Source: Macrostomum lignano (Eukaryota). Taken from it: DNA of 64,000 nt. The stretch is taken from the NCBI GenBank assembly GCA_002269645.1, contig NIVC01002442.1:62001-126000 (forward strand). Reading direction: 5' to 3'. How positions within the stretch are numbered: position 1 is the stretch's first letter; each line of letters opens with the position of its first letter. Positions 25,639 through 36,124 of this stretch are shown here, in pieces. Under the pieces are notes generated by a model. That model searched no databases. It had not been told where the DNA came from and saw only the letters and a list, made by a program, of their open reading frames with translations. A program made the position numbers and the translations under genes.

Positions 25639-26760
25639 ATGTCTGGATCACAACAGCAGGAGCAGCCTCAGGAGCAGCCTCAGGAGCAGTCTCAGGAGCA
25701 GCCTCAGGAGCAGCCTCAGGAGCAGCCTCAGGAGCAGCCTCAGGAGCAGCCTCAGGAGCAGCCTCAGGAGCAGCCTCAGGAGCAGCCTCAGGAGCAGCCT
25801 CAGGAGCAGCCTCAGGAGCAGCCTCAGGAGCAGCCTCAGGAGCAGCCTCAGGAGCAGCCTCAGGAGCAGCCTCAGGAGCAGCCTCAGGAGCAGCCTCAGG
25901 AGCAGCCGCAGGAGCAGCCTCAGGAGCAGCCTCAGGAGCAGCCGCAGGAGCAGCCTCAGGAGCAGCCTCAGGAGCAGCCTCAGGAGCAGCCTCAGGAGCA
26001 GCCTCAGGAGCAGCCTCAGGAGCAGCCTCAGGAGCAGCCTCAGGAGCAGCCTCAGGAGCAGCCTCAGGAGCAGCCTCAGGAGCAGCCTCAGGAGCAGCCT
26101 CAGGAGCAGCCTCAGGAGCAGCCTCAGGAGCAGCCTCAGGAGCAGCCTCAGTCAGGGGAGCCAACCGACTACGACGTGCTGGTGATTGGAGCGGGCATCA
26201 GCGGCCTGGCAGCCGCCAACGAGCTGCTGCGCCTCCGGCCCGACTGTCGGGTGGCTGTAGTGGAAGCCAAGGACCGGGTCGGCGGCCGAACCCTCGGTCA
26301 CCGGATGCGCACGGCGGGCGGCGGCGAGGCCAACTTCGACCTCGGCGGCATGTGGATCGGGCCCAGCCAGCGGCATATTTCTGAGCTGATGCGCCAGCTG
26401 CACATTGAGCAGTACCCGCAGTACCTGACTGGCCGGAAGTGCGCCGAGATGGGCGCCAAGGTGGCGCAGTACACCGGCGAGATCCCCTACATTGGGCTGG
26501 TGGGTCTGCTGGACATGGGCAAGGTGCTCGTCCAGATGGAGCGCCGAGTCCGCCAGGTAGATGCGGCCGATCCAGGAGCCTGCCGCACCGCCGCCCAGCT
26601 CGACGGCCTGACGGGCCAGGCGCTTTTCAACAGCCTGTCGTGGAGCCGCGCCACGAAGTGTCTGGTGCAGGCTGCCGCCCGCACCATCTGGGGTGCCGAC
26701 TTGAGCCGCATGTCCGCTCTCTACATGCTGGCGTACGCCAGTGCCGCAGGTGGATTCCAG
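25639..26760 (+). CDS. Flavin-containing amine oxidase (MAO-like), first exon only, with a (QEQP)41 N-terminal repeat
   Basis: FAD motif DVLVIGAGISGLAAA, EAKDRVGGRT and DLGGMWIGP.Q; donor GTAAAT at 26761. No downstream amine-oxidase exon was recognised in the window. Confidence 0.85.
25657..26148 (+). repeat. 12-bp in-frame repeat (CAGGAGCAGCCT)x41
   Basis: 492 nt, nearly invariant. Confidence 0.98.
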
Positions 26761-26784
26761 GTAAATTGCTGTAACTTGTCAGGA

Positions 26785-27035
26785 TGGGACGGGACGGGAC
26801 GGGACGGGACGGGACGGGACGGGACGGGACGGGACGGGACGGGACGGGACGGGACGGGACGGGACGGGACGGGACGGGACGGGACGGGACGGGACGGGAC
26901 GGGACGGGACGGGACGGGACGGGACGGGACGGGACGGGACGGGACGGGACGGGACGGGACGGGACGGGACGGGACGGGACGGGACGGGACGGGACGGGAC
27001 GGGACGGGACGGGACGGGACGGGACGGGACGGGAC
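26785..27035 (+). repeat. (GGGAC)x~50, G-quadruplex-prone, at the start of the amine oxidase intron
   Basis: Perfect 5-nt periodicity 24 nt after the donor. Confidence 0.98.
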
Positions 27036-27126
27036 TAATTAGTTTTTTAGTTTTTCTTCCCTTTTTTATCATTGGTGCATCTTGAGGCCAGTGCTTAGTA
27101 CACACGCCCATGTAGTCTGTCACGGT

Positions 27127-27345
27127 CTAAACAACAACAAAATTGGTAATGAATTCATGTGGCCAGGCTAAATCTGATTCACAAAGCACATTTGAAGAAA
27201 GTCTTACCGTCAGTTGATTAGGCAGAGACAGTCGCCAAGCCTCTCGTTCAGTTGCATCTTTAGGAAACGAAAACACTGCAACATTCCGATCACGGTTACT
27301 ATTGTAGTTTGCACAACAGAAAATGACGCTGCATTTTCTCGGCAT
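27127..27345 (-). mobile_element. Degenerate THAP zinc-finger remnant (P-element-like or THAP-carrying transposon)
   Basis: MPRKCSVIFCCANY...VAVFSFPKDATEREAWRLSLP...LCES matches THAP (C-x4-C, FP, W, C) but lacks the terminal His of C2CH. Confidence 0.6.
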
Positions 27346-27467
27346 GATATTTAGTTTCAGCAAGAATAAAAGTTCTCTCTCTCAATTGCAAGTGCATGCG
27401 AAGAACTCAATTTTAAGCTCAGATTTCTTCGCTTTCGTAGCTTTGGATGGGCCATAGAACAATGGTT

Positions 27468-27572
27468 GGTTATTCGTAAGTGAGACTTTAGGATAATGGT
27501 CCGGCTCATGAGTGCGCGCAGCGCATGAGTGAGCATAGGACTATTATCCTAGGGTCTCACTTACGAATAACC
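27468..27572 (+). other. 35-bp inverted repeat (hairpin)
   Basis: Arms 27468-27502 and 27538-27572: 32 Watson-Crick pairs plus 3 G-U pairs on the + strand. Confidence 0.9.
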
Positions 27573-27680
27573 GCATTGTCGAATTTCAGTGGGGCCATAG
27601 ACAAAAAGGGCATCGAAAGGAGAGAGGGGTTACCGAGGAGAGAGAGACATAAAGACTGAGGTGGTTTACTGGAGTTTGGG

Positions 27681-28445
27681 CCATAGACAACGAAGTTGCA
27701 AACAGGCTGGGGGTTAAGAGGGTGGAAAGGAAGGAGATGTGGAGAGAAAGAGAGAATAAAACGTAAATAGCTACATTCGCTTGGCCATGGAGAACCAGAC
27801 GTCATATCCGATCAACTGGGGCAATCTGCCTGTCGAAAGTTTAGCCAACGTATCTAGCAGCGAACTCAATTGGATCTCAAGACTTTCCACATCTCAGAAG
27901 GACATGAAGGATAACGAAGACTTTTTGAACTTCTTGCACTTTCTTGAGACCTGGAATCGGCTGGGCATTCGATGAGCGAGATCATGGCTATCACGGGTCA
28001 AAAGTCCGAGAGCACGGTCCGGCGCTACCTGGCAGTTAAACGGGACAAGTCCCTGCAACAATGCAGCGATGCAGTGTCGCGTGCGTTGAACATGGGACAA
28101 AGCGCCGCGACCCACGGTCAAGTAACAATGCCTGCTGACATCAGCATCCAAAGTTCCATCGTGCAAGAAGCAGTGAGCGTGTCTAATGGTCGTCAGATGA
28201 ACGGTCGGAATATCTTTATTATGAACAACTGCACTTTCAACAATTGCAATCTGTAATGGTCTTCGGCACTATGACAATTGCGCCATATTGATACTGCACA
28301 ATTAACTTTCCATAGCGCTAATCTTTTGTTGTTGGTGTTTGCTGTTTTGTTCTAAAAATAGGTGTCCATTATCCCGAGTTTGAAATCATTATCCTGAAGT
28401 TTAAGTGAAAAAATAAATAAAAGTGCTCATGGTTTAACCATAGAC
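27681..28445 (+). mobile_element. Internally deleted Crypton-type tyrosine-recombinase transposon
   Basis: LESAGHSMSEIMAITGQKSESTVRRYL (from ~27951) matches the YR C-terminal box L..AG....IMA.TGHKS.....Y with H>Q; ends in the IMNNCTFNNCNL tail typical of Crypton/DUF3504 proteins; bounded by CCATAGAC direct repeats (27681, 28438). Confidence 0.65.
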
Positions 28446-29679
28446 GATTGCATTATCCTAAAGGCTGATTTTTGACAATGCTTTTATACGAGCCTCATAC
28501 TTTTTTCGCCATGAATTGGTTCGTTTCCGGTCCTGAGTTATCAAGTTGTCCTTGCTAATAATCCTAATCCTAAAACCGACGTAAAAACTAAACGCGCCTG
28601 ATCGCTTTGTGCCATAAACTATTTTCCGATTTTCGAAAAACTTTAATACTGCAACAACATGAGCTCCACCAAAAGGGGACATGTTGTGCCCTGAAGAATC
28701 GCCCTCACCGTTACTTATTCCTTCAATGTTAGCCTTGATTCTTTACAGTTATATCTATGACCTCTATTCCCCACCAAAGCAGCTAGAGGCCCCAGCTTTC
28801 CTTTTCTTTCTTTAAGACCTGCTATGCTTACATCTTATTTCCTAAGTTAAAATACAACTGTTATCTGCAAAGCTCGATACACAACAATGGAGTCTCAGTT
28901 TCATCGCTGAAGTTTCGAAATAAACAGCATAGAATACTTGCTTGCATGGAACATGGAGCCATGGAACACCTCCAACGCACAGAGGCGACAGCCCCGCCAG
29001 CGCTCACCTGCATGCCCACCCCGCACTGATGCGGAAAGTTTTCTTGCTCTACCCTGCATGCAATAGCCTTCTTGTGCACTCGAATTATGGAAGCTGCGGC
29101 GGTATGCTTTTCGTAACACAATAAAAATAGCTTGGGCCAAAATCTTAACAGTTCAGGAGTTCGGCGATGCAGGCTCCCGCGGTACCAGCATCACGCCTTA
29201 AACACCTAATCATGCACAATAGGCTCAGTTCGCAGTCATCCAGTTCCATGAACAGCTGGTTTCAGCTGGTTTCAGGACACCCCACGATCCCAAGTAGGCA
29301 CCGACGATGACTGAAAATCAAGACAAAGACATCTGGACCAAGCCGAGATTTCAATTGAGCCCCAAATTAATGTGACTGCAATAAATACTGAGCCGAAAGT
29401 ACATAGAGTCGAAATTGCTTAAAAGTACATAATATAGCGTCGAAAAGCTTAAAAATATTTGTTTGCTAATAGGGGTACGAAGGCTTCGGTTGTCACGCAA
29501 TGTATTGTTTGTCTTTACCATACTACTGCACAGATAGTAGGCACAAAATGTACCAGTGCACATTATTGTTGTTTTTTATTGTTTATGTTCGAAAACTAAG
29601 CTTCAAATTTTGCGGTAAATAAAAAACACAAAAATACATACATAAAAATATTGGCTATGAGTATGCTAAACTGTGCGAG

Positions 29680-30200
29680 TATCAACGCTGGAATGCTCGA
29701 GACGAATCCGCTGCTTCCAGGAAGGCAGGGATCCCGTCCCCTGCCCTCCACTCTCCTGCGTAGAGCCCTCCTTAGTCTCAACCGCAGGGATCTTAGAGCA
29801 GTCAGCATCCACCGTTTCCTTCAGATCCAGGTACCTGAGGAGCGATGCCCAGCTTCTGCCGCTCAGGCAGTGATAACGCCGAGCACTTTATCTGCCACTG
29901 CCCGGTTTTCACCAGGGCCAGGCTCGCTCACCTCGGGCCAAACCCGGTTCTCTCCGACGTTTGCAGGCCCGAGAGCATCCCGCTGCTCGCACAGTACCTC
30001 AGGGACACGGGACGAGCTGAGTTCTTTCCCTTCCCACTTTGACAGAAGTCATTGGTCGCCAGGGGCTGGCGAAATGGGCGTCATGCAAGTCAAGTATTTT
30101 GGATTAGGGTCAAAGATGTGCGTCGGGTTCAACGACCGCTGGAACACAGATTTGACAGATTGAGGCGGAGTCCCCCAGTTGCCACGAACTAAACAAAAAA
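29680..30200 (+). mobile_element. 5'-truncated non-LTR retrotransposon, ORF2 C-terminus (LOA/R1/I-like)
   Basis: LLSLNRRDLRAV...ERCP/FCRSGSDNAEHFICHCPVFTRARLAHLG: the C-terminal CCHC knuckle, frameshifted, followed by a short 3' UTR and A-rich end. Confidence 0.7.
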
Positions 30201-30900
30201 CATTTTAACGCTATTTTGGCGCCGAAAAAAGGCTCCTATTTTTTCCTGAGATATTTGACCACCTTGACCTCCCCTAGATGGGCACTATTTGAGAGGGACA
30301 GTGACCTCCCCATCTCGATTTTAATGATTACCTCTGGCTATTCCCCTGCTTTCGAGTTTTCTCCCCCCTAATCAAGATACAGGTAGCTAAACTTTCAGTT
30401 GAAATAACACATTAAGTAGCAAACAAGCCAAGTCTGCATTCGCTACCATTCAAAGCATTTTGGAGGCGGGGTTGTAAACTTGCGCAGGCAAGGCTGGTGC
30501 GCCTCTATCGCACAATGAGTTGCTAAATGAAACTTTGAAATGAAACTACATGCGCTCAGCGGGGTTGCAACTACAACTAACAATGCGAATTTCATCCGAA
30601 CGACCCCAGCCCAGCTCAGAAACAAGCTCTGAATGGAATTCGTGTTAACACAGCTTGCCTGTCTGCTTGCGCCAACTATCTGCAAAACACTTCTAATTGT
30701 GCTCATGCACTGCTCAGCTCCCATCCACACAGCAGCGCTGCCCACTCAACCGCAGTGTGCGGCGCCATAGATATGCTCGTTCGCGCTCAGCTAGCCATGC
30801 TCGGCTCGGCTCTGCTCGCGACGAGACGCACCGGGCACCGAAGCGCAACTCGAAAAGCAGCGAAACTCCCTCAGTCTGCCGTCTTATTTGAAGCTCTTCA

Positions 30901-31577
30901 ATGGCTCCGGAGCGGCCCACGCTGTTCTACTTTGACTTCCGGGGTCGGGGCGAGCTCTGCCGGCTCGTCCTGTCCGCCGCAGGCATCGAGTTTGACGAGG
31001 TTCGGTTCAGCAGGCAGCAGTGGGCCGAGACCTACCGCAGCCTGTCGCCGAATGGCCGCTGCCCGTTCGTCCAGCTGCCCAACGGCCGCACCCTCACCCA
31101 GAGCCTGGCCATCGCGCGCTACTTTGCCCGCCTGGGCGGTCTCTATGGCAACCCGGATGATCCCTGGGAGGCCTTCCTCATCGACCAGGCCGTGCAGCAG
31201 GCGGAGGACCTCGAGCTGGAGCTGCTGCGAGTCTACCGGACCCCAGAGGACCAGCGGATGGCGCTCTGGCAGGCCGACATCAGCGAGCGGTGCGGCCAGC
31301 TGGCGGCCGGGCTCGCCCGCCTCGTCCCCGGCGGCAAACCCGTGGTCCCTGGCGCCGCCACCGGGGCTACCCTGGGCGACCTGGCCGTCTTCAAAGCGGC
31401 AGACGCGGCGGCGCGCCTTCCGGTGTTCAACCTGCCGCCGGAGCAGCACGCCGAGCTGTCCGAAGCCTCGGCCAGGCTGCTGCTGCTGCCCGACCTTCGG
31501 CGCACAGCGAACGGCTGCTGGCCACGAGTCCCCGGCTGGCCGCCTACGTGAAGGCCCGGCCGGCCACGCCATCCTGA
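30901..31577 (+). CDS. Glutathione S-transferase (sigma-like), intronless, apparent 1-nt frameshift near 31500
   Basis: FYFDFRGRGELCRLVL, P.GRCP, TQSLAIARY. The family-like C-terminus AHSERLLATSPRLAAYVKARPATPS* is in the other frame (stop 31575-77); the uncorrected ORF stops at 31551. Confidence 0.9.
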
Positions 31578-32181
31578 TTGGCCGGCTTCAGTGACTACTG
31601 ACAGTAGCAGTAGGCCAGAAGAATGCAATCGGGTCTCTCTTGTCAATTGAATCTGCAAACAATTTCTGTTATTGAAATGACGCGAATTAAGAATCAATTT
31701 GATTACCTTCATTGCATCCAGCCCGAGGGATTTTGAAACAGCAGCTCGCGCACTGGCATGGCATGTGATTCGATTCCAATTTTAATTGGTGTACTTTAAT
31801 GCAAATAATGATTTGTTGTTTGCATCCATTGATGACCTGTCATTTCTGTTCCATAATTTTTCCAAGGACGACTTAAAAACGTAGAACGTACGTAGAATAA
31901 AAAATTTACATAAAATCATAATTTTTTAACGGAGAGCTTTACGAATATCAATAGAGCAATAAGAAAGGCACAACATATCAAAAGATGAGCACTGGATCTG
32001 CCTCCTATCAAAAGCAATAACAATTTTTGTGCTGAAAAATGAAAACTTCCTATCTCCGTAGTGTATTTTTCCGGGAAAAAGTGCCTTCAAAACTTTTCTA
32101 AGAAACGAGGTGTCCAGTCCTTCTACTTAAGTCTTCCTTGAATTTTTCACGAGTTTGATCACTCTGTCAGGGAATGGGGCA

Positions 32182-32388
32182 GTTCTAGAGTGAGCTCAGG
32201 AGCTGGGAGTGAATGAGGCAGTTCAAGAGTGAGCTCAGGAGCTGGGAGTGAATGAGGCAGTTCAAGAGTGAGCTCAGGAGCTGGGAGTGAATGAGGCAGT
32301 TCTAGAGTGAGCTCAGAAGCTTAGAGTGAATGAGGCAGTTCAAGAGTGAGCTCAGAAGCTGGGAGTGAATGAGGCAGTTCTAGAGTGA
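32182..32388. repeat. 39-bp tandem repeat, ~5 copies
   Basis: GTTCAAGAGTGAGCTCAGGAGCTGGGAGTGAATGAGGCA at 32182, 32221, 32260, 32299, 32338. Confidence 0.92.
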
Positions 32389-32836
32389 AAAATACCCAAT
32401 TACAAGTAAAGCTCCAGCCTGTCACAGGGCGGAGCTATTTATAGTAGAACATTTTTGTTGTCCTGGGAACTGTCTCTCTCTCTCTCTCTACTCTCGGGTC
32501 AGGCCAGTGATTGCACTGCCTGAGGCAACATGGCAGTGAGAGAGTGAGAATGTACATTGAGCAATGCGGTATATAATGGCTACAGCAGATTGTACTTTGC
32601 CGACAGGCCAAGTACAGTCAGAGTGGAAAGCCAGTTGAGTCAAAGCAGCGCAATGCGCATGAAGAGTCCCTCTGCTCATAGCAGGTTTTGACAGTCTGCA
32701 TGCTTTGGTCGGTCGAGGTCGAGTCGAGGTTGAATCTTTGAGAAAATTTATTCTGAAACTGGGTCGGGCTTCCGGAATCTTCATCAGTCGAGCACTTCGT
32801 GGACGAAGAAGTTCAAAGCAGCGAAATCGTCACGGA

Positions 32837-34757
32837 ATGGAGCCACATCACGTGAAGGTACTCCGCTGCCTTCGTGCATCGAATCTTCAACACAATCTAA
32901 ACTAGCAATCCACTCAGTAATGCAACTCTAGCAATCCACTCAGCAATACAACTCTAGCAATCCACTCAGTAATGCAACTCTAGCAATCCACTCAGCAATG
33001 CAACTCTAGCAATCCACTCAGTAATGCAACTCTAGCAATCCACTCAGTAATGCAACTCTAACAATCCACTCAGCAATGCAACTCTAGCAATCCACTCAGC
33101 AATGCAACTCTAGCAATCCACTCAGTAATGCAACTCTAGCAATCCACTCAGTAATGCAACTCTAGCAATCCACTCAGTAATGCAACTCTAGCAATCCACT
33201 CAGTAATGCAACTCTAGCAATCCACTCAGTAATGCAACTCTAACAATCCACTCAGCAATGCAACTCTAGCAATCTACTCAGTAATGCAACTCTAACAATC
33301 CACTCAGTAATGCAACTCTAGCAATCCACTCAGTAATGCAACTCTAGCAATCCACTCAGCAATGCAACTCTAGCAATCCACTCAGTAATGCAACTCTAGC
33401 AATCCACTCAGTAATGCAACTCTAGCAATCCATTCAGCAATGCAACTCTAGCAATCCACTCAGTAATGCAACTCTAGCAATCCCCTCAGCAATGCAACTC
33501 TAGCAATCCACTCAGTAATGCAACTCTAGCAATCCCCTCAGAAATGCAACTCTAGCAATCCACTCAGTAATGCAACTCTAGCAATCCACTCAGTAATGCA
33601 ACTCTAGCAATCCACTCAGTAATGCAACTCTAGCAATCCACTCAGCAATGCAACTCTAGCAATCCACTCAGTAATGCAACTCTAGCAATCCACTCAGCAA
33701 TGCAACTCTAGCAATCCACTCAGCAATGCAACTCTAGCAATCCACTCAGCAATGCAACTCTAGCAATCCACTCTGCAATGCAACTCTAGCAATCCACTCA
33801 GAAATGCAACTCTAGCAATCCACTCAGTAATGCAACTCTAGCAATCCACTCAGTAATGCAACTCTAGCAATCCCCTCAGCAATGCAACTCTAGCAATCCA
33901 CTCAGTAATGCAACTCTAGCAATCCACTCAGTAATGCAACTCTAGCAATCCCCTCAGCAATGCAACTCTAGCAATCCACTCAGTAATGCAACTCTAGCAA
34001 TCCACTCAGTAATGCAACTTAGTAATAGCGATCTACCCTTTAGTCTCACAATATATTTGCGCAGGTTGGCGACAGCAGCGACCACAGCCGTCGTGTTCGC
34101 GTCGTGCACATCAGCGACACCCACCGGCGTCACGCGGAGTTCGCGAAGGCGATACCCGACGGGGACATCCTGGTGCACTCGGGCGACTTTGACTCGTTCA
34201 GCCTGGCCAAGCTGCCCCTCCTGCGGCTGCTGGAGGAGCGGGAGATCGGCAAAGTGGCCGCCTTCTTTGACTCGCAGTCACACCAGCACAAGGTGTTTGT
34301 GCCCGGCAACCACGACATGCGGCTGGCCAGCTACCACCTGGCCGGCGGCCGGGGCCGGGGCAGCCTCGCCAGCCGCCTGGCCTCCAGCTGCCACGTGCTC
34401 ATCGACTCGGAAGTGACCCTCTGCGGCCTGAAGTTCTACGGCATCCCCTGGTGCCCGTTGCGCGACGCCAGCTACGCTCGCGCCTTCAGCGAGCCGTGGG
34501 AGAGCCTCCTGCCGCGGTGGCAAGCCGCGCCGGCTGACACCGACGTGCTGGTGACGCACATCCCGCCGTGGGAAGAGCTCGGCAGAGAGGTGCGCGAGCG
34601 GATCAGACCGCTGGCGTTGCTGCACGGGCACATCCACCGGGGAAACGGAGTGAAGTACTGGGAGAAGGGAGGCAGTGACTCTTCTGTGCTCGTGTCGAAT
34701 GCAGCGATGGACGAGATTCCTAAGCCGGTGGTCATCGATTTCTACCATGAGTCGTGA
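32837..34757 (+). CDS. Calcineurin-like metallophosphoesterase (MPPED/239FB-like), 2 exons, ~237 aa
   Basis: Exon 34065-34757 has all five motifs (DTH, SGDF, GNHD, THIPP, GHIH). Exon 1 32837-32857 (MEPHHVK, donor GTACTC) joins in phase 0; exon 1 is less certain. Confidence 0.85.
32903..34020. repeat. 26-bp minisatellite (GCAATCCACTCAGTAATGCAACTCTA)n, ~43 copies, metallophosphoesterase intron
   Basis: Direct periodicity. Confidence 0.97.
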
Positions 34758-36124
34758 TATGTTGATTATTTTTCCATGAAACATAGGTTTGCATGTACGT
34801 TTACCTGGTACGTTTACATGCTTCAAAATGATGAAAGAAGCTAACTTTTGCAATTATGGTATTTAAACCATTTGTATATTCAGATTGAAAATTTTGAAGC
34901 TGTGATATAATAATGACATTTTTATTATTATACAGTTATTTAGCCTTTTAAAATTACATGTATGGTAGAATTACCTGCACACATTTATGATTTATTGCAT
35001 GTAACGATCGAAACTGCATATTACTTTAAAATGCTAAGTAAATATTGTAATCTTGACCTTCATCATTACCTAATAGTCGTGTATATACTGCTTCTGATTG
35101 ACTGAACATGTCTTTCAGCTTTTTAAAAAATGATGGTAGTGTTGTTTGTAGCATTTATCACTGACCAGTTTAGTGATACATGTGACTGCAATGTACATTT
35201 CATCGTCGTAAAAATACATCTTGGTTAATTTATAACTGCTCTATGACGCAAACTTCTACCGCAAAATTGCTACATAAATACGAGCCCCAAAAGCTTCGAT
35301 TCCTATTCAAACCAGCCCTTATCAAATGACTCCCGGAAATCGGCAATCAGAGATGGCTATTGTATAGAATTTGTGCATTTTTGAGCAGAAAATTTTTTCG
35401 ATTTTCTGCTGATAGCCAAGCAAAAGCGCTGTCTCTCTATCTCTCTCAGAGAAATCTGGAACAATGATTTCAATTGGTCATGGACACATGTACTCATATT
35501 TGATGCTAGATTCTTCGATCAATAATAATACATCGCTTGTAGGGGACGATCAACAAAGAAGGCAAAGCTTACCCCCTCCCCCATACTGCGATCCTATTTC
35601 TCAAAACAAAGCTAAAAACTTGTGGTCGTTATTATGTGGTTTTTTTAATTCAGTGAATTTTATTTCCTCAACTTGCTGCTAGGGTTAGTTGATTCGTTTT
35701 GTTTTATTTGTACAAGTTTCTTACCGACTTTTGAAACCATTGTTTCTATAAAATAAAATAAATCAATCAGCTAATTTAGTCTGTGCCCCTTAATAAAATT
35801 TGTCTGTTGTAAAGTCAAGGGTATTCGGTACTGTTTTGAAGGTATTTCTAAATAAAAAATTAAATCACTAAGACACACCATTGTGTCTGCCTGTTTGGCT
35901 TATTTTTATACATTCCTTAGTTTAGTTTTTCTTGTGTTGTTACAATACAAAAATAAATTGTGGCTTGGCATTAGTAGTTGTTAATTGAGCTGTTTTACTA
36001 TTATCCACATACACTGATACTAATGATACTATAGATCTATTAGTCTTTACTGTCACTTGTATATAAAGTTCCTTATTTTTCAAGGGGATATTGACAGTAC
36101 AACATAGCTTAACTAAGCCCTAAT

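Noticed and set aside
31870-32153. Kolobok-like TTAA element related to 44960-45200 (shared AAAAAT(A)CACT(A/G)CGGAGATAGGAA in inverted orientation)
   Set aside because: The similarity is real but short, and matching termini could not be defined.
32760-32800. Second hammerhead (CUGAUGA on the minus strand)
   Set aside because: No GAAA or stem III follows stem II.
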